DNA of 64,000 nt, taken from the NCBI GenBank assembly GCA_963675745.2, contig CAXXWX010000019.1, positions 352,001 to 416,000 of the forward strand, written 5' to 3'. Each line of letters begins with the position of its first letter. The first letter of the stretch is position 1. The position numbers and the translations under genes are program-made. This DNA comes from Phycisphaerae bacterium (lineage in GTDB: Bacteria > Planctomycetota > Phycisphaerae > UBA1845 > Fen-1342). Below are positions 56,205 to 64,000 of this stretch, piece by piece. A model generated the notes under the pieces. It was not told the origin of the DNA, made no database searches, and saw nothing but the letters and a program-made list of their open reading frames with translations.

Positions 56205-58751
56205 TCACCGCTCTGCTTGCTTCTGTCGGGCTAGTAGCTGGTCGCGCTCGGTTCGTAAGGCCTCCAGCTGGCGGGTCTGGTCATCGATGATCGCCTTTTG
56301 CTCATCCCAGCACTTTGCCAGCCGTTGGGCCTCCTCCCACACGCGGCCGTGTTCCTGTTCAAGTTCGGCAATGCGGGCGGTTTGCTCTCCGATGAGCGCG
56401 CGTTGCTGCTCCCAGGCCGCGCGCAAACGCTGCAAATCGTCCCAGGCCCGGTCGCGGCACTGCTCCAGCTCGTCGATGCGCCCGGCGCAGGTTTGGATGT
56501 GTTCGGTCTGCTCGGCAAGCATCTTGCGTTGTTGCCGCCAGCTTGTGGCCAGCTCGGTCTCGCGCTGCCAGGCCAGCTCGGTTTCATTAGTAAGTTCGCC
56601 GATCCGCCCGGCCTGTGCATCCAGTTGCCGGCGTTGATCACGCCAACTCTGCGTGAGCCGATCCAACTCAATCGCGAGCGCCGCGTCGCCTGTGTGACCG
56701 CCGCCGGACGTGCCCACAAGTGCATTCGTCTGCTGCCAGGCGGCGCCGGGCTCCTGATACCAGCGCGGCAGGGCCAGCAGCCCGAAAGCGCATCGTGTGG
56801 CCAGGCGCGCCAACTGCACGACCTCGGGCATCCCGAACGACGCCGGATTCTCGGGGCGCCCCCAGATGTTGCGCCAGTCACCGGCGAGTACGCGCCGGGC
56901 CTCGCTCAATCCGCGTTGCCACAGCTTGGCCGCGGATTCAGGACGTTGACCGTTTGCTTCGATGAGACCCGCCTGAAAGAACGCATCAACCGTCTTGGTG
57001 GCCAGCAACGGGCTGAAGCGCAGCGGGTCAAGCTCTGCGCAGGCGATAAAGCCGTCGCGCGCCGCCTCCAGCGCGCCGCGCGACAGGCACAGCCGCGCCA
57101 CCGCATATTGATTGGAGATGCGCCAACGCCAGGCGTGTGGCCTGTCCACGGCGGTCTGGTGGTAACGCGCCACGCGCTGTTCAAGCTCGCGCACCTCGTC
57201 GGCGGTCGCCCGGTTCCCCTCGAGCAGGCGGTATGCCAACACGCACAATGCGGCACCTTCATCAGGCGAACCCGCTTGGGCGGTTTCAAGCACGCGGCGG
57301 GCCAATGCCTCCAGTTGCACCGGGTTGGAGTTGCGCATGCCCAGGGCGACGATCGCCTTCACCAACCAGGGGTTGTCATAATCGCGCTTGAAGGCCGTTA
57401 TATGACAGTCCTCGATGTCACTGAAGTCGGCGAAGGTGGTCTCCTGGTACTCTTGGTCAGCGGCCGCAACCGCGTCCTTCATGCCGACCGCGATCAGCCA
57501 CTCGCAGTCCTCGGCGGGGGCCTCTTCGACACCCAGCTCGCGTAACTGCCGCGGTTGATCGGCGAGTCTCACGCCGCCGCCCGCCGTCTGGGCAAACGCC
57601 CGCTCAAACAGAAAACGGGTCTCGACCTGCCGCTTGAGCTTGTCCCAGGTGTACACGTGCAGGTGGTGGGGGTTGGGATCGTCGCCGCTCTCGTCCGACC
57701 AGTCGTTGGGAACGCTGACGACAATCCGGCCCGCGGGCTTCAGAACGCGCCGGACCTCGGCAAGGAACGCTTCCGGATCGGGCAAATGTTCGAGGATCTC
57801 CAGGGCCACGACCAGGTCTATCGAGGCATCGCTCACGTCGGTTAATCTGCCGACGTCGCCCGTACGAAACTCCAGCTCGGCATCGAGCGCGGCGTAGTTG
57901 GCGTTCGCGTAGTCGATCGCGGCGCGACTGTTGTCGACACCGATAACGCAACGCGATGCGCTCTGTGCACGGAGGAGCGCCGCCCCGTAACCCAACCCGC
58001 ACGCCGCATCCAACACCGTATCGCCCGGCCGGACAAACCCGGCCGCCAGCGAGTAACGCGCGATATGCGCATCGGCGCGCCGTCCGCTGGTTCGCAGCAT
58101 ATCCGCGTGCAACATGCGGCGGGCTTCGAGTGAGTCCAAGGGGTACGCATCGCGCGCGCTTCCCGGCAGTTTTTCCATCACCAGCGTGACCTGCGGGCCC
58201 GCGTGTTCGAGCGTCTTGAAGCCGTTGATGATCGAATCGCGCGGATGCGTGCGGAAGCCGGCCTCGAAGAACCGCTGCTGCCACCAGTCCCGATCGTGGA
58301 CGGTCAGGTGCCACTGGTTGTCGCGATCGGGGATGGTGGAGATGGTCACGAACGCGCTGCGCCGGGTAACACGCCACAACTCGGCCAATGCGCGGGGTAC
58401 GTCGTCCTCGGCAATGTGTTCGAGCACGTCGGTGGCGACCACTGTCTCGAACGCATCATCATCAAACGGCAACGCCAGTACAGACCCGTTCACCGCGCGA
58501 TCGCCGATGCGTCGGCGTAGGTCATCGGTCACCACGGGCGCGACATCCAGCGCGCAGGCATCGACGCCGGCGACCAGCAACCCGCGCGCCAGCCGTCCCA
58601 TGCCGCACCCCACATCCAACAGGCGCCCGCCGCCGCACGCGATCAGGATCTGGTGGATCAGCGCGTCGACATTGTCAAAGGAATTGCCGCCCCAGCGATC
58701 GGAACGCTGCCAGTACTCGTCGTACAAGCGCTTGTAGTCTGCGCCGGCCAC
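56205..58751 (-). CDS. Double SAM-methyltransferase with helical domain and C-terminal repetitive coiled coil
   Basis: Two motif-I sites (LLDVGCGMG; VLDAACGLGYG), each followed by LEH; C-terminal heptad repeats. Confidence 0.85.
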   Translation of the reverse strand: MAGADYKRLYDEYWQRSDRWGGNSFDNVDALIHQILIACGGGRLLDVGCGMGRLARGLLVAGVDACALDVAPVVTDDLRRRIGDRAVNGSVLALPFDDDAFETVVATDVLEHIAEDDVPRALAELWRVTRRSAFVTISTIPDRDNQWHLTVHDRDWWQQRFFEAGFRTHPRDSIINGFKTLEHAGPQVTLVMEKLPGSARDAYPLDSLEARRMLHADMLRTSGRRADAHIARYSLAAGFVRPGDTVLDAACGLGYGAALLRAQSASRCVIGVDNSRAAIDYANANYAALDAELEFRTGDVGRLTDVSDASIDLVVALEILEHLPDPEAFLAEVRRVLKPAGRIVVSVPNDWSDESGDDPNPHHLHVYTWDKLKRQVETRFLFERAFAQTAGGGVRLADQPRQLRELGVEEAPAEDCEWLIAVGMKDAVAAADQEYQETTFADFSDIEDCHITAFKRDYDNPWLVKAIVALGMRNSNPVQLEALARRVLETAQAGSPDEGAALCVLAYRLLEGNRATADEVRELEQRVARYHQTAVDRPHAWRWRISNQYAVARLCLSRGALEAARDGFIACAELDPLRFSPLLATKTVDAFFQAGLIEANGQRPESAAKLWQRGLSEARRVLAGDWRNIWGRPENPASFGMPEVVQLARLATRCAFGLLALPRWYQEPGAAWQQTNALVGTSGGGHTGDAALAIELDRLTQSWRDQRRQLDAQAGRIGELTNETELAWQRETELATSWRQQRKMLAEQTEHIQTCAGRIDELEQCRDRAWDDLQRLRAAWEQQRALIGEQTARIAELEQEHGRVWEEAQRLAKCWDEQKAIIDDQTRQLEALRTERDQLLARQKQAER

Positions 58752-59486
58752 TTAGGCCTCCTTGCGTATCCAACACGAGCAGTCAATGCCCGGTGTGTGC
58801 CGGATGATCTCCGGGCGGCGTGCAAAAAACTCCTCCACCGCGATCGTTGCGCCGCTGCAATCCGGGTGTTGGTAGTCGTCGAACACGACGTATCCGCCGA
58901 TAGCGGTTTGCTCGAACGTGCGCTCCAGCGAGAATTTCACCCCCGCGTAGCAATCCGCGTCAATGTGACACAGCGCGAGTTGACGGTCTCCCAGCTCGCC
59001 GATCGTATCCTCGAACCACCCCCTGACGAGTTGCACGCGCGGCAAGCCCTGCTCGGCAAAGAACCGAACCGTTTCGTCATAGTCCGCGTCGGCAAACATG
59101 CCCGCATACAGGCGGTGACCGTCACGGACAGGATCAGGCTCCGGCAGGCCCGCGAAAGAGTCAAAGCCCAGCAGGTCGCGGTCCTCGTTCATCTCATGCC
59201 ACTGGCGCGCGACCAGGTACAGGCTGCCGCCGCGCCACGTGCCGAACTCGGCATAGCAGCCGGGGATGCCCTCGCGTACGACCAGCCGCGCCAGGCGCCC
59301 GAGCTGGCCGAAACGTTGCCAGGCCATCCGCGTGCGCTTGTGCCCGCCGACTTCGTCGTATATCGCCCCGAACTCGCGTGTGAACTGCGCATGATCGAGC
59401 TCACGGCCGAGGGTCACGGCCCATGCGGACCAACCGTCGATGCTCGAGCCGGGATCGATGTTGCCGACGAACGCTGGCGTTGTCAT
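58752..59486 (-). CDS. TylF/MycF/NovP-family O-methyltransferase
   Basis: EFGTWRGGS, FDSFAGLP, GWFEDT, HIDADCY, GGYVVFDDY. Confidence 0.92.
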   Translation of the reverse strand: MTTPAFVGNIDPGSSIDGWSAWAVTLGRELDHAQFTREFGAIYDEVGGHKRTRMAWQRFGQLGRLARLVVREGIPGCYAEFGTWRGGSLYLVARQWHEMNEDRDLLGFDSFAGLPEPDPVRDGHRLYAGMFADADYDETVRFFAEQGLPRVQLVRGWFEDTIGELGDRQLALCHIDADCYAGVKFSLERTFEQTAIGGYVVFDDYQHPDCSGATIAVEEFFARRPEIIRHTPGIDCSCWIRKEA

Positions 59487-59531
59487 GCGTGGTCCTTGTC
59501 TGGTCTCATCGGGCCGAATCGGGGGGGCGCG

Positions 59532-60908
59532 CTACGCGTGCACGCCGTTGGGCTCCACCGTTTGTGTGCGCGCCGCCATCCGCATGTCGCAGATACCGCC
59601 GAAGAAATTCTCGTCGCTGCGCAACAAGACCTGGAAGAAAGCGGCCTCATCGCGCCAGTGGATGATACGCTGATCTGGAAACTGGCGCGTGGGCGCCTCC
59701 GTGATTGTCGACTGGACTTCATAGAAGCCCAACCCGAGGTGGCAGTCGCACTCGAAATCAACGGCGATCGTCGTGCCGGCGACGAGGCTCTTGTCCCATA
59801 GCGCCTCCCCCGTCGCCAGCCCGCTCCAGATTCTGTGGTCCTGGTTGAGCGTGCCCCACGAGTAGATTTTCACACCCTGCTTGTTACGCAAACGCACCGC
59901 GACGGCAAGATGCTCCAGATCGCGCTTCAAAACGCACGTAACGCGGATGATCAGCTTGTCACCGGGATAGAAAACCGAGGTTTCCTCGCCGAGCGCATTG
60001 AAAACGCGCGTCTCGACCACCTCCGCGTCAAAATCTCCGAACGAAAGCCGGTCGGCGGCCTGCGTCTTCGGGGATGTAGCCGGTGTTACGGAACCGGCGG
60101 CTTTTTGTTGCTGATCGCGCGCGTGCTGCATCTGGCGCTCGAGATACCGCTTCTCATCGTCGTGCAGCAAGCGGCGATAATCGAGGACCACCTCGGCCGG
60201 CGCGCCGATGCTGCGAATATGTCCCTCGTGCAGCATGATCGCCTGGTTGGTCAACGTGCGAACGCTCTCCTGGTCGTGTGAAACGAACAGCAGTGACACC
60301 CCGGAGTTGCGCAGCTCGTCGAGCTTCTGGAAGCAGCGTTTCTGAAAGAGCTGATCGCCCACCGAGAGGGCCTCGTCGACGATCAGTATGTCCGGACGAA
60401 GCTGAACCTGCACCGCGAACGCCAGACGCACCAGCATGCCCGAGCTGTACGTTTTCACCGGCTGCTCGAGAAACTCCCCGATGTCGGCGAACGCCGCGAT
60501 GTCATCAAAACGGGCGTCCATCTCATCGTGTGACAACCCGAGGATCGAGCCGTTCATGTAGGCGTTTTCGCGGCCGGTAAACTCGGGGTTGAATCCGCTG
60601 CCGAGCTCCAGCAGGGCCGCCACGCGGCCGGTGACGTGGATTTCACCGGTGCTGGGGCGCAGCGTGCCGGCGATGATTTGCAGCAGCGTGCTCTTGCCTG
60701 ATCCGTTCCGGCCGACGATTCCCAGCGCTTCACCCTTGCGCAGCTCGAAAGACACGTCGCGCAGCGCCCAGAACTCGCGGAAGTACTGGCGCCGCCGGCG
60801 AAACAACGCCTGCTTCAGTCGATCCTGCGGCTGGTCGTAGATGTGGTAGCACTTGCCGACGTCGTGGGCGGTGACCGCGAGTGATGAAGACTCTGGCACG
60901 GTGGACAT
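59532..60908 (-). CDS. wzt: Polysaccharide ABC exporter ATPase (Wzt/RfbB) with C-terminal Wzt_C carbohydrate-binding domain
   Basis: FWALRDVSF, GRNGSGKST, GFNPEFTGREN, YSSGM, DEALSVGD, VSHD; ~170-aa C-terminal extension. Confidence 0.92.
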   Translation of the reverse strand: MSTVPESSSLAVTAHDVGKCYHIYDQPQDRLKQALFRRRRQYFREFWALRDVSFELRKGEALGIVGRNGSGKSTLLQIIAGTLRPSTGEIHVTGRVAALLELGSGFNPEFTGRENAYMNGSILGLSHDEMDARFDDIAAFADIGEFLEQPVKTYSSGMLVRLAFAVQVQLRPDILIVDEALSVGDQLFQKRCFQKLDELRNSGVSLLFVSHDQESVRTLTNQAIMLHEGHIRSIGAPAEVVLDYRRLLHDDEKRYLERQMQHARDQQQKAAGSVTPATSPKTQAADRLSFGDFDAEVVETRVFNALGEETSVFYPGDKLIIRVTCVLKRDLEHLAVAVRLRNKQGVKIYSWGTLNQDHRIWSGLATGEALWDKSLVAGTTIAVDFECDCHLGLGFYEVQSTITEAPTRQFPDQRIIHWRDEAAFFQVLLRSDENFFGGICDMRMAARTQTVEPNGVHA

Positions 60909-60989
60909 CAATTGGACCTTCGCCCGCAACGGCGCATCGCCACACAGTGCGGCGCTAACCAATCGATTATCCGGGTAGCCAATTAACCG

Positions 60990-61971
60990 TCAACTGGAAG
61001 GCTCCGATTCCGCCGCTGTCGGTGCTGAGGGTGCCAGCGTGACGGCGGCGAACAGCAGCACCTCCACCAGCGTTGTCACCACGCGGCTAAGCAGCATGAT
61101 CAGCACCGCCTGCGCCGGGGGCACGTCCAGCAGCTCCTGCAAGCCGATGACCATGATCGAATCGCGCACGCCCAGTCCCGCCGGCGCTATCAGGGCAATA
61201 AACCCCGACACCCATGCCGTCGCGAACAGCGCCGTGATGATCGGATAGTCCGTGGCGCTGACGCCGGCAACGGCCATCACCAGGATGGTCAGACTTGCGC
61301 CCCAGAACAGGAACGCCAGCACGTTCGCCCCCAGGATCTTCAAGAGCATGCCAAAACGCGGCACGCGCTGGAGCGGGGCTTGTCGCGCCACGCGCAACAC
61401 GCCGTTCACCACCGGCCCGAACACGCGCGGATGACAGGCGGCGATGCCGAACAGCACTAGTACCGCACTGATCACCAGCGCGTAACCCGAGTGAAGACGC
61501 GCGCTCGGATGCAGCCATGGCAGCGTCACCGCCAGCAGCACACCGCAACCTTCCGAGAGAAATGTATCGACGGAGACGGCCACGGCTGCCGGCGCCAGCC
61601 GCGATCGATCCGGCGCTGAGAGAAAGGCCTTGCCGGCCAGGCTCCAGATCTTGCCGGGGACATAGCGGCCCATCCAGGCGGTCGCCGTTACGCGCACGGC
61701 GCGCCACCATCCCAGCCGGTGTCCGGTGATCTCATGACACAACGGTGACCAGAGCAGCCCCCGTACGATGTAGCCCGCCAGCGCCACTCCCCCCGCTGCG
61801 ATGCAGGCCAGCCACGGGAGTCGACCACTCCGCCGCGCGCAGATCGTCCCAATAACGCCGCACGTAGACGTACCAGAACCCCGCCAGCACCACCAGCAGG
61901 ATCAGCTTGAGCGCGAGCTTGAGCCGGCCGTGCTGCGGACTGGCAACCGGCGTTTCGGCATCCGCGCTCAT
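60990..61971 (-). pseudogene. Lysylphosphatidylglycerol-synthase-TM (flippase-like) membrane protein with a +1 frameshift near 61824
   Basis: GRYVPGKIW and APAGLGVRD motifs. N-terminal TM ORF 61732-61971 joins the downstream ORF if one base is removed (EW-RLPWL). Confidence 0.75.
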
Positions 61972-63224
61972 GCGGGTCGCCGGGCCAGTTCCAGAGCCGC
62001 GCGATGATTGCCCAATGAGGATTCGCGGACTTTGGGCAGCGCCGCGCGCATCTTGGCGGACAATGCGTCAGCGCGGCTGACGACGTCTTCAAACCCGGCG
62101 ATCAGGGCGTCTGTCGAAAGCTCGGCCGCGTCATGGGCCACATCTTCCAGGTCGAAGTCCGCCAACACTTCGCGATACTTGTGAAAACCCCAGCCGAACA
62201 CGGACACCGGCGTCGCCGTGCAAAGCGCCGAAATCATCGAATGGAACCGCGACGCGACATAATAGTCGGCCAGTCCCACGACCACGCGCAGCTCCTTGCA
62301 GTCGAAATACTCCTCGACCACGTGCAGATTTTCCCGGCTCGGCAGTTGCGCGAGGATCTCCGCCGTTGTTACCAGGTCGTTGTTGTGTCGGCTCGTGCTG
62401 CCCGGGCGCATGCTGTGCGGCACGAGCAGGACGAAGTAGCCCCGCTCCTGCAAATACGTGATGAACTCGACCCAGATTTTGTTGTGGGGAATGCCCAGCA
62501 GCCGGCACTTGCGCTCGACGATCGAGTTCGTCGAAATACCAACCACCTTTTTCCCCGCGAGGATCGGTGTGAATTTCTCCCTAATTCGCCGCTCGACCTC
62601 GTCCGGCACGATCAACGAAAACGCCGAGTCGGCGTGATGCCGGGCATCGGGAAAGCCGAAGTCATGCACCGCGCGTTCGCTGCCGGGGCCGCGCGGGTGA
62701 ATCACGTCGGCCCGCTTGAAGCAGAACCGGGCGGCAAGGCGATTGGACATCTTTTTGAACGGCCCCAGCGTTTGCGAGTAGTACATCGTCTTCTTGCCGA
62801 GAAAAATGGCCGGCAGTGCGCATGCCACGTTGTAAATCACTTTGGCCAGTTGAGCGTCGCTGAAGGTCGTGCCGCCAATCAAGAGCACCACGTCGCACTC
62901 GATCAGCGCCCGCATCTCGCGCCCCCACGATCGCGCCGCCGGCGCCAGCCGCAGGGCGTGCAGGATCCAGTACAGCACGCTGAGGGGCACCAGCTTGAGC
63001 ACGAGGTTCCGCGGCGTGCCGTTGTGGAGGTTTATGTTCGGCGTGGCAGCGATCGCGCGGTCCGCCTTGGGGTACACGGTGAAGACCTCGACAATCCCAC
63101 CGACCTCGGGCTTCGTCAGATGGTCGATCGCCGCTTCGAGCATTGATACCGCGCCACGGTTGCCGGTCCGCGAGACGGCGAAGGCGGCGAAGCGCGGCGG
63201 CCGGTCTTGCTGTTTGTCTGCCAT
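61968..63224 (-). CDS. Polysaccharide pyruvyl transferase family (WcaK-like)
   Basis: GNRGAVSM, GGTTFSD, SQTLGPF, DSAF, SRFHSMISAL. Confidence 0.85.
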   Translation of the reverse strand: MADKQQDRPPRFAAFAVSRTGNRGAVSMLEAAIDHLTKPEVGGIVEVFTVYPKADRAIAATPNINLHNGTPRNLVLKLVPLSVLYWILHALRLAPAARSWGREMRALIECDVVLLIGGTTFSDAQLAKVIYNVACALPAIFLGKKTMYYSQTLGPFKKMSNRLAARFCFKRADVIHPRGPGSERAVHDFGFPDARHHADSAFSLIVPDEVERRIREKFTPILAGKKVVGISTNSIVERKCRLLGIPHNKIWVEFITYLQERGYFVLLVPHSMRPGSTSRHNNDLVTTAEILAQLPSRENLHVVEEYFDCKELRVVVGLADYYVASRFHSMISALCTATPVSVFGWGFHKYREVLADFDLEDVAHDAAELSTDALIAGFEDVVSRADALSAKMRAALPKVRESSLGNHRAALELARRPA

Positions 63225-63245
63225 GCGTCCACCCAAAAGGTACGC

Positions 63246-64000
63246 TCACCGGCGCCTCAGCGAGATCTTCGACAGCAGCTTGATCCCCAGCGCCCAGATC
63301 GCAACGAGCGTGTGCGGAAGCTTGAAGATCAATCGTCGACCGCGCGCGCTCTTCGACAAGCGGTAGCTCAGGAAATACATCGTCCAGGACATGACGTGCA
63401 GCGGATTGACGCGCCATGTCCGCGGTGTGGCGGCGTTCTGTCCGGTCAACTTCGCCGCCCAATAACGCGGCGCCAGCGTGTTTGTGAATTGCTCGATCTC
63501 CGAGAACACCGAGCGGTACTTGTCCATGCCGTAGCGTTCGAGCACCACCCGGTCGGCGCGCACCATCTCGTCGATCAGGAGCGCCCCCAGCGGTGTGCGG
63601 CAAATCACCGCCGAGTGCTTGATCGGGCGCTTTTTGATCTCCGGCGCGAAAATGTCGCCGATCGAGATGTCGGCCTCGGCGCTAAGGTGTTCGTCACACC
63701 ACAGGCACAGAGCCTTGGCGTGAATACCCGCCATGCGATACGCGTTCACCTTGTGGAACTTCAGATCACGCTGCCGGCCGTCGTGCAACGTCGCCCTCAC
63801 CGTGCCCTTGATGTGCGTGCGGATGACTTTGAGCGAAGCCACCTGCGCCGGATCGACGCCATAACGCGGCAGCAGGTCCTCGTAGAACTTCTCCGTCACC
63901 GTTCCGCGACAAAACAGGCCGATGATTACAGCGACTTTGGCGCGCAGGGCATCATCTTTCGCCAGCAGCTTGCGCATCAGCCGCGCCTGGCAAGGGAGCG
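63246..64000 (-). CDS. Coenzyme F420 hydrogenase beta-subunit (FrhB) C-terminal-domain protein; 5' end outside the window
   Basis: LPCQ at the window edge, IGLFC, CLWC, ADISIGD, SAVICRT. Confidence 0.8.
   Translation of the reverse strand, partial: LPCQARLMRKLLAKDDALRAKVAVIIGLFCRGTVTEKFYEDLLPRYGVDPAQVASLKVIRTHIKGTVRATLHDGRQRDLKFHKVNAYRMAGIHAKALCLWCDEHLSAEADISIGDIFAPEIKKRPIKHSAVICRTPLGALLIDEMVRADRVVLERYGMDKYRSVFSEIEQFTNTLAPRYWAAKLTGQNAATPRTWRVNPLHVMSWTMYFLSYRLSKSARGRRLIFKLPHTLVAIWALGIKLLSKISLRRR

Noticed and set aside
63246..64000. F420 hydrogenase or methanogenesis signal
   Set aside because: FrhB-like domains commonly accompany polysaccharide pyruvyl transferases in glycan loci; no hydrogenase subunits are present.
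1..64000. tRNA, rRNA, integrase or prophage genes
   Set aside because: None recognised by eye in the intergenic gaps or ORFs; tRNAscan-SE and Infernal would confirm.

Overview
GC-rich bacterial DNA, most consistent with a Phycisphaerae/Planctomycetota genome. This is an inference from the dockerin-like C-terminal tails, a planctomycete-type Zn-ribbon protein, a TPR-secretin and two tricorn proteases. About 40 protein genes are supported; I found no rRNA, tRNA or CRISPR array. Left part: esterase, AraC/GyrI regulator, YhaO/YhaN nuclease-ATPase pair, two methyltransferases, tricorn protease, inositol-phosphate synthase, MtaA-like/thioredoxin fusion with CobW, Tat-exported DUF362 protein, serpin and PocR-GAF-PP2C phosphatase. 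Middle: a long minus-strand run of beta-PGM, HEAT protein, RsbW, RsbV/STAS, MlaE, RNase HII-like protein, thioester-less alpha-2-macroglobulin-like protein, secretin and YdjY-like protein. The most unusual stretch is 39.7-44.0 kb. Two ~310-bp hairpin-rich direct repeats enclose an MmeI-like (Type IIL) restriction-modification gene whose centre is replaced by an unrelated, lower-GC antisense gene. Several REP-like palindromes and an internally deleted IS200-type tyrosine transposase with the same three-hairpin end layout follow. Right part: second tricorn protease, lone sdhC, Zn-ligand-deficient sirtuin, sat-nrnA pair and the end of a surface-polysaccharide locus, including a double methyltransferase with a 35-residue-repeat coiled coil. 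All family calls come from motif recognition by eye, not database searches.
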